Assembly: GCA_001821395.1 (NCBI GenBank)
Contig: MHLM01000001.1
Span: 128,001 to 192,000, forward strand
From: Candidatus Lloydbacteria bacterium RIFCSPHIGHO2_02_FULL_50_18
GTDB lineage: Bacteria > Patescibacteriota > Minisyncoccia > Phycocordibacterales > UBA6899
DNA: 64,000 bases
Reading direction: 5' to 3'
Shown here one piece after another: positions 1 through 8,560 of the stretch. Every line of letters starts with the position of its first letter. Position 1 is the first letter of the stretch. The notes under the pieces were generated by a model. It was not told the DNA's origin. It saw only the letters and a program-made list of their open reading frames with translations, and ran no database searches. The translations under genes were made by a program, and so were the position numbers.

Positions 1-157
1 TCCCGTCAGAAAAACCGTTCAGAAATCCGGAGACAAACATCAAATTGAAGAATGAGAGAGATAAAATAAATACAGTGAAGACTGCCGTAGACTTATTGCC
101 CCTCGTGATAGTTTTATAAGCAACAAAAAATGCTGTTTTCAAGTCAGTTCCATTCAT
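1..157 (-). CDS. ABC transporter permease (FtsX/MacB-like), N-terminal fragment; continues beyond window start
   Basis: Minus-strand ATG at 157-155, 4 nt after the TAG stop of the adaptor gene. Translation MNGTDLKTAFFVAYKTITRGNKSTAVFTVFILSLSFFNLMFVSGF has a hydrophobic N-terminal helix as in FtsX-type permeases. Sits in an operon with the periplasmic adaptor. Confidence 0.35.
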   Translation of the reverse strand, partial: MNGTDLKTAFFVAYKTITRGNKSTAVFTVFILSLSFFNLMFVSGFLNGFSDG

Positions 158-160
158 GAT

Positions 161-1720
161 CTATTTTTGCTTTTTCTCAGCACCAAGAATAACCTGATCT
201 CCATCGAAAAGACCCGAAATGATCTCGATCATACCGACATCGTTCTCGATGCCCGTATGTACCTCTGTCTCTGTCACCTGACCATCCGTAAGCGTCTGCA
301 CTATCTTTTTTCCATCCTTGCTTTGTACGGCACTCGCGGGGACAAAAAGTGCATCTTCTGAAATTGCAGTGTTGATCCACACATTAGCCGTCATCCCCGA
401 TCGAATGCGTTCGTCCACCTTGTCGAACAATATCGTTGTCTGATAATACACGGCACCGCCAATAATTGTCTCAACGGGATCAATAGTAACGACCTTTCCG
501 CTAAATTCCTCATCTTCAATGGCATCAAACGTGATCCTCGCCTTCTGTCCAATACGTACATTCACAATCTTGTCTTCGACGACATTTAATTGTATTTGCA
601 ATGCACCACCTGCGGCAAGTGACACTACAATTATGTCTGCACCAACAACCTCACCAACCTCACCCCGGACGTTCGTTACCATGGAGGATACCGGTGCAGA
701 GATCGTCAAATCCCTCCTCTGTGCTTCTGTCCTCGTAAGGGAAGCTTCTGCTTGTATGATTTGCGCCTGATACACGGCAATATCCGACGACCTTGCCGGG
801 GCAGTCTTTAGGGTGAGCTGATTCTCTGCGATGTGGAGGGCTGATTCTTTCATTTGGAGATTTTCTTCCGCAAGAAGAAGGTTTGACAGCGCAATGTCAA
901 CATTCGTTCGCGCTGTGGAAATATCAGTCTTCCACTTATCGATTGTCGCTTGAGTAATCTTGGAACTTGGAGTAAGCGCGTTTACCATCAAGGCCTCATT
1001 CACAAGAAATGCCTTTACCTGTGAGGTATTTTTTTTAGCAAGAGTTGTTGCCAGAACAAGATCGCTCTCCGCTGAAACCTCCGCGAGACTTCCAGCCCAC
1101 TCATTGAGTGTCACCTCGATCCCAACCCTCGCCTCTAGTACCGCGCGCTCAAGTTGCATATCGAACGGAAAACTAAAGAGTAATTGTGGATTAGATGTTT
1201 TAGGATTATCGAACAATTGGTCAGACCTTGCTCGCACTGCGTCATCGGACCGAGTATAGGCACCTTGTAATCTATCAATCATATTCTTCTTTGCATCAAG
1301 AAGTGACTGCTCGGCATTATACACTGCAGTCTCAGAGATACTCACGTCTTCGGGTGACGCTCCACTTAATAGCTGACTTAATTTTGCCTTCTGAAGGTCT
1401 ATTCCCGCTTGCATTTCTTTTACCTGTGCATCGAGCTGAGTGGTATCTTGTTTGGCGAGAAGTTTGCCTGCTGAAATCTTGTCACCAACACGCGCATTCA
1501 AAAAAACAAGCTTGCCGCTTCCCTTGAAGCGCAAGTCAATCTGTGTTGGAGATTCGACTTTTCCACTTGCAGAAACCTCCTGAACAATATCCCCTCTTTT
1601 TGCAACCGCAAGAGTGTAGGAAGGAGCATTCAAACGCTGCATCAAAAAAATGCCGCTAATAGCCAGGGCAATCAGGGTTCCCAATGCGGTAAATAAGATT
1701 TTCTTGTTCATAAAATACAC
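161..1720 (-). CDS. efflux pump periplasmic adaptor subunit (HlyD/MacA family)
   Basis: 519-aa ORF with an N-terminal TM anchor (ILFTALGTLIALAISGIFL), long coiled-coil segments and C-terminal beta-barrel/lipoyl-like segments typical of membrane-fusion proteins. Followed by an overlapping permease gene. Confidence 0.7.
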   Translation of the reverse strand: MYFMNKKILFTALGTLIALAISGIFLMQRLNAPSYTLAVAKRGDIVQEVSASGKVESPTQIDLRFKGSGKLVFLNARVGDKISAGKLLAKQDTTQLDAQVKEMQAGIDLQKAKLSQLLSGASPEDVSISETAVYNAEQSLLDAKKNMIDRLQGAYTRSDDAVRARSDQLFDNPKTSNPQLLFSFPFDMQLERAVLEARVGIEVTLNEWAGSLAEVSAESDLVLATTLAKKNTSQVKAFLVNEALMVNALTPSSKITQATIDKWKTDISTARTNVDIALSNLLLAEENLQMKESALHIAENQLTLKTAPARSSDIAVYQAQIIQAEASLTRTEAQRRDLTISAPVSSMVTNVRGEVGEVVGADIIVVSLAAGGALQIQLNVVEDKIVNVRIGQKARITFDAIEDEEFSGKVVTIDPVETIIGGAVYYQTTILFDKVDERIRSGMTANVWINTAISEDALFVPASAVQSKDGKKIVQTLTDGQVTETEVHTGIENDVGMIEIISGLFDGDQVILGAEKKQK

Positions 1721-1824
1721 AAATAATAAAGAGTAAAAAAGACGCAGTCATTTCATTCCACTGCAATTCATCATAATATAAAATATCTTTACAAGCAAGT
1801 TACTTTATGATAAAGTAAACCAAA

Positions 1825-2280
1825 ATGGAACGTAAGGAAACGATAGAAAAACTCATCGCCTCAATACACAAGGAGACTCGGGCTGCGGGGCTTTTTGTGC
1901 ACACTATATCCGAGATCACTGGGATACATTCTACCGACATACGCTGTTTAGAATTTTTAAGTGAGGCACACTCCGCGACTGCCGGAGAACTTGGGAGGGC
2001 TACGGGGCTTACGACAGGGGCAGTCACTGCGATGATCGACAGGCTTGAAAATGGGGGCTTTGTAAAGCGCGAAGCGGATAAAAAAGACCGAAGAAAGATC
2101 ATCATCAGACTCCTGGGAATTCCGAAAAAGCTCAAATTGGTACGGGAAATGTTCTCAAAGCAAATACCCGACATTCTCGCTGAGTACAATACGGCGGAAT
2201 TACTATTGATTGCGAACTGGAACATAAAAATGGCCGCCGTATTTCACGAAAAAATAAGTAAACTCAAAGCAAAAGACTAA
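1825..2280 (+). CDS. MarR-family transcriptional regulator
   Basis: 151 aa with a winged-helix segment (TGIHSTDIRCLEFL..ATAGELGRATGLTTGAVTAMIDRLENGGFVKREADKKDRR) characteristic of MarR. Divergently placed from the efflux operon. Confidence 0.75.
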   Translation: MERKETIEKLIASIHKETRAAGLFVHTISEITGIHSTDIRCLEFLSEAHSATAGELGRATGLTTGAVTAMIDRLENGGFVKREADKKDRRKIIIRLLGIPKKLKLVREMFSKQIPDILAEYNTAELLLIANWNIKMAAVFHEKISKLKAKD

Positions 2281-2586
2281 CATCGCTTATATCTTTATTA
2301 TATACGTCTCCGCCATGCAGCGCTTCACAACAAAAACGACATGCGACGTATCTCTTGAATTTATAGGCAACTGAGCCCATTGATCGGGTAATGCCTCGTG
2401 AGACCTCGGAAGCGTATTCTCGCATCGGTTTCCCGTCTTTTGTGCTAAGGTGTCTCGGTTGAGGCCCTCTTGGACGAAATGGGCTTCTGCACAAATGCTG
2501 AAAACCACGTGTGCTCGGTGCGACAAATTGCTATCTTGGCAAAAAAACGATAGCCTTCGAACAGAGCCTGCTGACTGGGGTCATCA

Positions 2587-2822
2587 TGTCATCAATGAAA
2601 TCGGAGTTCCTCAATCATGCAAAATCAATGCTGGAACAGAAGCATGGGAATGTGCTTACGGACGTCGAAAAGCAACTAGTGCTTCAAGCATTTACGGCAT
2701 GGGAGTCACGGTGGAACGATAAGTCGCCGTCATGCACGCTTGATTGCCAGTGGCCGACATTTTCTCAAGAGGAAAAGTGCTCTACAGTGGAACGATTTTG
2801 CAATTCGTATATAAATCCGTAA
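2587..2822 (+). CDS. small hypothetical protein (about 78 aa from internal Met MSSMKSEF...)
   Basis: Only open frame in the 2.3-3.1 kb gap; a weak terminator-like hairpin follows at 2825-2860. No recognisable domain. Confidence 0.2.
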
Positions 2823-2916
2823 ACGAAAGCCGCCGCACAAGAGTGTGGCTTTTTATTTATTTGCTTAATTCAAAAAATAAACATCGTGTCGTGCTAATCG
2901 GTCACTTACGATTTCA

Positions 2917-2946
2917 TGAACGGCCTCTCGGTCATACGAACCTATT
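2917..2946. repeat. 28-bp direct repeat, copy 1 (gcctctcggtcatacgaacctattctcg); copy 2 is at 3867-3896 next to tRNA-Gln
   Basis: 25 of 28 nt identical between the copies. Each contains a T-arm-like hairpin (TCGGT-7 nt-ACCGA). The copies flank the gene at 3147-3815. Confidence 0.55.
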
Positions 2947-3146
2947 CTCGCACTCTGCCTTTCGAAGTGCTGGATGACTCGGTCGCGGATAATTCCTTGT
3001 GAGACGTTGTAAGGATATTCTCACACCCCCTTCACCTCTTGTGCTGATGGGAGTCGGTCAGTAAATATCCCAGAGATTCTTGCTTGCTAAACACAGTGAG
3101 TTCGAGTAGTCTTTGACGCAGAACATTGTTGAGGTAAGGGGTAGTC

Positions 3147-3815
3147 ATGTTGATATATGCCGTAATTGGTACGCTTGTGGTCGCACTGCTCATCTTCTTG
3201 GCGTGCCGTTATTTTCGAAATCATTGCCTCGAGTGCAAAAAGAGGACTGACTGGGACAAATATGACTCCTGCAAAGCGTGCAATGCGGAGCACGAAGCAC
3301 GGGTGTCAAAGCACCGAGAAGAAATGACGGGGCGCATGATTGCGGTCACCCATGAAGTACTTGCACAATCAAGGGCAGAAACGGAAGAATTCGGTTTTAG
3401 TGATTACGATTTCCTCGATAGACCCTGCATGGTCTGTTCGCCTGGCCGGACTACTAGTCACCGAGAACTCTTTCGAGAGCGTGGTCTCGCGGGTAATCCG
3501 CAAGCATGCCAAGATTATTATTGGAACACTCACGTTCCCCTTGCAAGAAAGGCGCACAAAGATCGCGAGTCAAAGAAATTTTGGAAGCGCTGGCTGTACA
3601 TCCCACCGACAAAAGAGGAGGAGGAAGCGGTCAGTCGAGTGAGCTGGTGGCTAAAGAATGCACTCAGTGCGGGTCGTGACGATCTTGCCCAGCTACGCGA
3701 GTACCGGACGTATCACGAAAAGCCTGACCATTGGATGGACATGACTACCAAACAACTCATGGAGCGCCGACTCTCGCGCGCAAAGAAGGCACTAGATTTA
3801 AATATTGATCGGTAA
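3147..3815 (+). CDS. hypothetical protein with N-terminal TM helix and CxxC-x14-CxxC zinc-ribbon-like motif
   Basis: 222-aa ORF; MLIYAVIGTLVVALLIFLACRYF is a TM helix, followed by CLECKKRTDWDKYDSCKACN. No family recognised. Confidence 0.5.
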   Translation: MLIYAVIGTLVVALLIFLACRYFRNHCLECKKRTDWDKYDSCKACNAEHEARVSKHREEMTGRMIAVTHEVLAQSRAETEEFGFSDYDFLDRPCMVCSPGRTTSHRELFRERGLAGNPQACQDYYWNTHVPLARKAHKDRESKKFWKRWLYIPPTKEEEEAVSRVSWWLKNALSAGRDDLAQLREYRTYHEKPDHWMDMTTKQLMERRLSRAKKALDLNIDR

Positions 3816-3866
3816 TGTTTATTTCGGGGCCATTAGCGCCCCTTTTTGTTATACAAAATATCTTAT

Positions 3867-3896
3867 GCCTCTCGGTCATCCGAACCGATTCTTGAT
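3867..3896. repeat. 28-bp direct repeat, copy 2 (tRNA-Gln-proximal)
   Basis: gcctctcggtcatccgaaccgattcttg lies immediately 3' of tRNA-Gln on its coding strand. It matches the copy at 2917-2946. Confidence 0.55.
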
Positions 3897-3899
3897 AGC

Positions 3900-3968
3900 T
3901 GCGGGACTTGGAGTCGAACCAAAATTGACGGATTCAAAGTCCGCTGTCCTACCATTAGACGATCCCGC
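3900..3968 (-). tRNA. tRNA-Gln (anticodon TTG)
   Basis: Reverse complement reads GCGGGATCG..GCGGA-CTTTGAA-TCCGT..TTTGG-TTCGACT-CCAAG-TCCCGC-A. Cloverleaf has a 7-bp acceptor, anticodon loop CTTTGAA and T-loop TTCGACT. Confidence 0.8.
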
Positions 3969-4046
3969 AATAACAGGATAATAGCATTTTATATACGAAA
4001 GACAAAAAAACCGCCGTTACTACGGCGGTGACTGCTTCAACCGATA

Positions 4047-4475
4047 TCACGAATCGCACAATGTCCATTTTGCAGGATTATTCGTATGCTTTGATTGCGT
4101 AATTACCGCCCATTGTGGATCACCATGATTGTGAACGGGGGTAATCGTCTGCAGTGTGTATTCACCCATTTTCTGACTCATGTCTGACCTAAAAACATCA
4201 TCATTGGTGATAGTGCTCGGGTCCCTCTCCGGATGAATACTCGCAAAGAATTCCCTTCGCCAGCCGCGGAGGTCCCCTGTCACAATTGTTCTCTGTACAA
4301 AGATGAATTCGGGACCTGCATTGCAAATGAAATTATAGCGGTGGCCCGTCCCGTCTTCGATCAGGGAAGCATAGGGCGGCAGATTCAGGAAGATGTCTCT
4401 ATTGATCACGGGGTACTCCCCTAGGATGGTGTTTGCATCTCCAGAAACCATAATACCAAATATGTATTTTGGCAA
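4047..4475 (-). CDS. hypothetical protein, paralog A of a tandem pair
   Basis: 142 aa. Shares a motif block (FxFVQRTIVxxxxxGW ... GxPxAVITQ) with the next gene. A hairpin plus T-run terminator lies at 3988-4020 on the minus strand. Confidence 0.5.
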   Translation of the reverse strand: MPKYIFGIMVSGDANTILGEYPVINRDIFLNLPPYASLIEDGTGHRYNFICNAGPEFIFVQRTIVTGDLRGWRREFFASIHPERDPSTITNDDVFRSDMSQKMGEYTLQTITPVHNHGDPQWAVITQSKHTNNPAKWTLCDS

Positions 4476-4545
4476 CTATATATAAAAAATTCACCGCCGA
4501 AATTCGGAGGTGAATGGAGGGTGAAAAGTAAAAAATTAAGAGTGC

Positions 4546-4920
4546 TCAACTCTTAAACCAATCGCGGGGATCGTTCACCATGAACTTCTGAGTGACGATC
4601 ACCGCTTCCGGATTTCCTTCTCGATCACGGACGATTACTTCAACATAAAAAGCACCATAATTTTCCCGCACATCCATCTTGAGCATATCCCCTTGTTTCA
4701 AAGCACGAGGATCTGCATTCACGAGACAAGCATTTTCTTGCTTCAGCCAACCGTTAAAGTGGCGGATAACAATAGTGCGCTGTACATACAGCCGCTGCTC
4801 GTCGATGAACGCCAGGACCGCAAGTTCTTCTCGAGTACCGATTTTACAAATAGTATCGAGCGCAAATACACCGCGAAATGATTCCATCTTTGCCTCTTCT
4901 TGAGGTGGAACAAACAACAC
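4546..4920 (-). CDS. hypothetical protein, paralog B of a tandem pair
   Basis: 124 aa. LYVQRTIVIRHFNGW ... GNPEAVIVTQ aligns with paralog A. A terminator hairpin (TTAAGAGTtgagcACTCTTAA plus T-run) follows the stop. Confidence 0.5.
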   Translation of the reverse strand: MLFVPPQEEAKMESFRGVFALDTICKIGTREELAVLAFIDEQRLYVQRTIVIRHFNGWLKQENACLVNADPRALKQGDMLKMDVRENYGAFYVEVIVRDREGNPEAVIVTQKFMVNDPRDWFKS

Positions 4921-4958
4921 CTAAATACCGTTATAGAGGGTGTTGGCAAGAACGTCAA

Positions 4959-6032
4959 CTACTTCCCTTCTCCGGCAACTTTAATAAGCGCTAATTCTAT
5001 CGGGAGCGTCGGTACCGTACTAAATCCGATCTCACGGGTCGCATCGAGAAATGCATAGAGTACATGAGAGTTGATCTTCTTTTCGGGAGAATTTGCCAAT
5101 CGCAACAGAAAAACGAGATCATCAGGAGTGAACTCATCTTTGTAATGACCTTCGGCGTTTTTGTCATAACGCAGCATGAGCGTCGCACGCATCTTTTCAA
5201 GAATGAGTCTCAAGTAGACCTTCATATCAACGTGTTCATCTTTGGCACTTTGTATCGCCGACAAACCGTCGGAAATATTTCCTGACTCGATGGATCCCAG
5301 AACGCGGTTCACAAGATCATGCGTCGGTGCTCCGACGATGCGAGAAACGGTGTCGACATCAAGCCGTCGGTCCTTCGCGGCTACCAGCACTTTTTCAAGT
5401 ACCGAAAGCGTATCGCGAAACGAGCCGTCGCCAAACATCGCAATGATGTCTGCTGAAGGACTGTCGATTGTTACCTGCTCCTTTTTCGCCGTATCGAGCA
5501 CATATTTTTTTAATTCATCGAGAGTCGGATCACGAAACACAAACGACTGGCATCGTGAGATTATGGTATCGGGGAGCTTATCTCTATCGGTGGTCGCAAG
5601 AATAAATACCGCATGCGCGGGAGGTTCCTCCAGAGTCTTGAGGAGTGCATTGAATGCTTCCTTGGTGAGCATGTGTACCTCATCGATAATGTAGACCTTG
5701 TACGGGGATTCGAATGGCATCGAGCGTACCGACTCACGAAGCTCGCGAATGTCGTCAATAGAACGATTTGAGGCACCGTCCATCTCATAGAGATCCGACG
5801 GTTTACACCCAATTTCGGCGGCAAAGATACGCGCAACGCTTGTCTTGCCCGTTCCTCGGCCTCCCGAAAAAAGATAGGCATGAGAAATAGATTTATCCTC
5901 AATCTCACGCAAGAGTATAGAAACAACCTCGTGCTGTCCCTGCACGTCTTCAAACTTACTGGGTCTATATTTCCGATATAAAGCGAGCTCGCTCATGTGA
6001 AGAGTATAGCCTGTCTGATACACCTTCTGCAA
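4959..6032 (-). CDS. dnaX: DNA polymerase III clamp-loader subunit (gamma/tau DnaX-like, possibly delta-prime); true start probably the internal Met at about 5996
   Basis: YRKYRPSKFEDVQGQHEVV N-terminal motif, Walker A GGRGTGKTS, Walker B YIIDEVHML and sensor region ISRCQ are all typical of DnaX. Confidence 0.6.
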   Translation of the reverse strand: MQKVYQTGYTLHMSELALYRKYRPSKFEDVQGQHEVVSILLREIEDKSISHAYLFSGGRGTGKTSVARIFAAEIGCKPSDLYEMDGASNRSIDDIRELRESVRSMPFESPYKVYIIDEVHMLTKEAFNALLKTLEEPPAHAVFILATTDRDKLPDTIISRCQSFVFRDPTLDELKKYVLDTAKKEQVTIDSPSADIIAMFGDGSFRDTLSVLEKVLVAAKDRRLDVDTVSRIVGAPTHDLVNRVLGSIESGNISDGLSAIQSAKDEHVDMKVYLRLILEKMRATLMLRYDKNAEGHYKDEFTPDDLVFLLRLANSPEKKINSHVLYAFLDATREIGFSTVPTLPIELALIKVAGEGK

Positions 6033-6104
6033 AGGGATATGCTCGGTCGCGGGGGTGCAACAAAATAGCCCCGACCGTACTGGCGGGGCTATGTTGATGA
6101 AATA

Positions 6105-6323
6105 CTAACAAACGTCAGGGCCGTGGCTTCCGCAACAAAGCTCACCGAGCGCCTCATTCGTTGACGCCTGAATAGCGTCTTTGTGACAGCATGATTCTGC
6201 AGTTTTGCCGCACGGGCATTTTCCATGCTCATCAAGCACCACTTTTTTTTCGTCAGCGGAACATGCGGCAACGCCCTTTTTATCAGACCCTGCACATGCG
6301 CAATCTCCTCCGCAGCCTCCCAT
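6105..6323 (-). CDS. cysteine-rich small protein (13 Cys in 72 aa; metallothionein-like or metal-binding?)
   Basis: MGGCGGDCACAGSDKK..CSADEKK..HGKCPCGKTAESCCHKD..LCCGSHGPDVC. Start overlaps the upstream gene stop (ATGA at 6323), indicating translational coupling. A terminator hairpin lies downstream at 6062-6100. Confidence 0.45.
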   Translation of the reverse strand: MGGCGGDCACAGSDKKGVAACSADEKKVVLDEHGKCPCGKTAESCCHKDAIQASTNEALGELCCGSHGPDVC

Positions 6324-6817
6324 TATGATTTTTTCTTCTTAGCTGGAGCCTTCTTGACCGACGCCTTTTTAACAGAGACTTTCTTGGCAACACCTTTCTT
6401 TGCGACGACCTTTCTTACCGTCTTCACTGCTTTCTTTACAGTTTTTTGAACCGCCTTCTTGGCGACTGATCCGCCCTTCTTTGCGGTGCGTGTAAGCTCG
6501 CGCTCGACGTTCTTCCAGTTCTTTTTGAGTTCCACTGCAGCACGATCGAGGTCACTCGCCTTGATCGAGGTCATATTCCCGTAAACCTCTGTCGCGTTAT
6601 CAATGATGGCTGCGTATGCCTTCTGATCAAGCTTCTTCATTTTCTTTGCCGCCTTCATGACATCAGCCTCCAGGTCTCCAACCCACTTTGCCGCCTTTTT
6701 GCGATGAGCTCCTGCATCCTTACTGCCATAAAAATAATACCCCGCTCCGGCCGCGGCCGCTGCTGCGAGCCCCAGACCGACTCCGACTGCTACTTTCTGC
6801 TTATTGACCTTTGCCAT
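6323..6817 (-). CDS. YtxH-like membrane-anchored protein with lysine-rich (histone H1-like) C-terminal tail
   Basis: N-terminal Gly/Ala-rich TM (VAVGVGLGLAAAAAAGAGYYFYGSKDAG) followed by a coiled coil. The C-terminus is AKK/VKK repeats. Confidence 0.45.
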   Translation of the reverse strand: MAKVNKQKVAVGVGLGLAAAAAAGAGYYFYGSKDAGAHRKKAAKWVGDLEADVMKAAKKMKKLDQKAYAAIIDNATEVYGNMTSIKASDLDRAAVELKKNWKNVERELTRTAKKGGSVAKKAVQKTVKKAVKTVRKVVAKKGVAKKVSVKKASVKKAPAKKKKS

Positions 6818-6847
6818 ATATTTAAAATTAAATGAATAACACTCATG

Positions 6848-7153
6848 CTACACACCAGCGTCATGCTTATGCTTGCCGCGGGCTTTTTTATTACGTGATA
6901 CAACAGAAGCGAAAAAATCACTCACGTGCTTCACCTTCATTCCCTCTTCGCGAACCCTTGCTCGCAATATCCGGATATCATCACGAATATCGTTGCTCTC
7001 CAAAGTGACATTTTTCATCACCTCGTCAAAGCTTTTGAGAATTCGGATCACATAGAATAATGCAACGATGAGCAATACTCCGAGAGCGATGACCACTCCC
7101 GTAGTTGCAACGAAGAACACATCCATCTTGAAAAAATCATCCATATGATGCAA
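6848..7153 (-). CDS. DUF948/YtxG-like small membrane protein
   Basis: N-terminal TM (VATTGVVIALGVLLIVALFYVI) followed by a charged coiled coil. First gene of a three-gene operon resembling Bacillus ytxGH. Confidence 0.45.
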   Translation of the reverse strand: MHHMDDFFKMDVFFVATTGVVIALGVLLIVALFYVIRILKSFDEVMKNVTLESNDIRDDIRILRARVREEGMKVKHVSDFFASVVSRNKKARGKHKHDAGV

Positions 7154-7208
7154 CTATTATATACCACCCCGCTTTCAGTGCAAACAAAAACCCCTCAACA
7201 ATGAGGGG

Positions 7209-7520
7209 TCAGCGATGAATGATGAGGCGCAGGGCGGCTTTGATCATGACCAGCCCCATGATACATGAGAGGAGCGGAATGATGAGCATAAACGAGAATT
7301 TGATGTCGTAGATCACTACGATAGAGAAGTAGGCACACCCGGCAAGCAAGTGCAGCATGCCCCAGATCATGAGACAAAATCCCGCCTTACGCCGAGACTT
7401 TTCAAGGCGGAACGCACGCACGAAGGACTCTGCGAGGTCAACAACGAGCTTCATTGAATGAACTCCTTCTACGAATACGGATATCTGTTCATAGCATAGT
7501 ACGAGTGGTACTAATGTCAA
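7209..7520 (-). CDS. hypothetical small membrane protein (2 TM)
   Basis: Hydrophobic segments GFCLMIWGMLHLLAGCAYFSIVVIY and FMLIIPLLSCIMGLVMI. A terminator hairpin lies at 7185-7208 on the minus strand. Confidence 0.4.
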   Translation of the reverse strand: MTLVPLVLCYEQISVFVEGVHSMKLVVDLAESFVRAFRLEKSRRKAGFCLMIWGMLHLLAGCAYFSIVVIYDIKFSFMLIIPLLSCIMGLVMIKAALRLIIHR

Positions 7521-7521
7521 T

Positions 7522-8481
7522 TCAACGATCCGTATCAGACAAAAAATCAGTCACGATGGATTCTATCTCCGCCGCCCCACCGGCCTCCATAAGTCTGACG
7601 CGTAATTCCTTTGCGCCGTCGAAGCCATTCACATACGCTTTGTAATGCTTCTTCATCACGGCAAAATTCTTCACATCGCCCAATAGTTCCACGAAGAGCC
7701 TAGTGTGTTCGAGCATGATGGCAAAGCGCTCTGCTAATTTCATTTCATCCAACGATCTGCCGGCAAACAAAAATGGATTACCAAAGATCGCACGGCCGAG
7801 CATGATGCCGTCCGCGCCTGTTTCTTCTGCTTTCTTTTGTGCATCATCGAGATCTTTCACGTCACCGTTGCCGATGATGAGCGTACCCGTTCCTTTCGCC
7901 ATTCGGACCGCTTCCGCTATGTGCTCCCACCTGGCCGGAACATCGGACATTTCTTTTCTCGTTCGTGCGTGTACGGTGATTGCCGCAGGCTTCGCATCAA
8001 GGAGTGCAGAAAGCCACGTATCAAGTTCAACAGCGTTATACCCCACACGCGTCTTCACTGACACGGGGAGCTGGGGTGCACCCTCTTTTGTTGCGGCAAT
8101 GATCTCTTGCGCAAGTTTTGGATGCTTCATCAGACTTGCCCCACCGCCTTGCTTCTCGACGTTCTTATCGGGACAACCCATATTGATATCGATACCATCG
8201 AACCCGAGTTGTGCGATCAATGCTGCAACCTTAAAAAAATGATCGGGCTTTGACCCAAAGACCTGTGCAACGATAGGGCGCTCTTCCTCCGTATACAAGA
8301 GGTCCTTCAAGAGCACTGCGCTTCCCGGCGACAAAAGACCGTCCACGGCGACGAACTCAGTCCAGAGCACATCGGGCTTTCCGTACTTTGCAACAATACG
8401 TCGAAGGGCGGCATCGGTGACATCGGCCATCGGCGCAAGAGCAAAAAAAGGTTTCGGGAGTTGTGCCCAGAAGTTTGACAT
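7522..8481 (-). CDS. dus: tRNA-dihydrouridine synthase
   Basis: FALAPMADVTDAALRRIV, DINMGCP and VHARTR motifs of the Dus TIM-barrel family. Start taken at MSNFWAQ. Confidence 0.75.
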   Translation of the reverse strand: MSNFWAQLPKPFFALAPMADVTDAALRRIVAKYGKPDVLWTEFVAVDGLLSPGSAVLLKDLLYTEEERPIVAQVFGSKPDHFFKVAALIAQLGFDGIDINMGCPDKNVEKQGGGASLMKHPKLAQEIIAATKEGAPQLPVSVKTRVGYNAVELDTWLSALLDAKPAAITVHARTRKEMSDVPARWEHIAEAVRMAKGTGTLIIGNGDVKDLDDAQKKAEETGADGIMLGRAIFGNPFLFAGRSLDEMKLAERFAIMLEHTRLFVELLGDVKNFAVMKKHYKAYVNGFDGAKELRVRLMEAGGAAEIESIVTDFLSDTDR

Positions 8482-8560
8482 TATGGAACTATAAGGTAGT
8501 TCGCAGGGTGGCGTCAACCACATTACTCCTTAATAAACAGACGTCACAAGACGATCGCAT

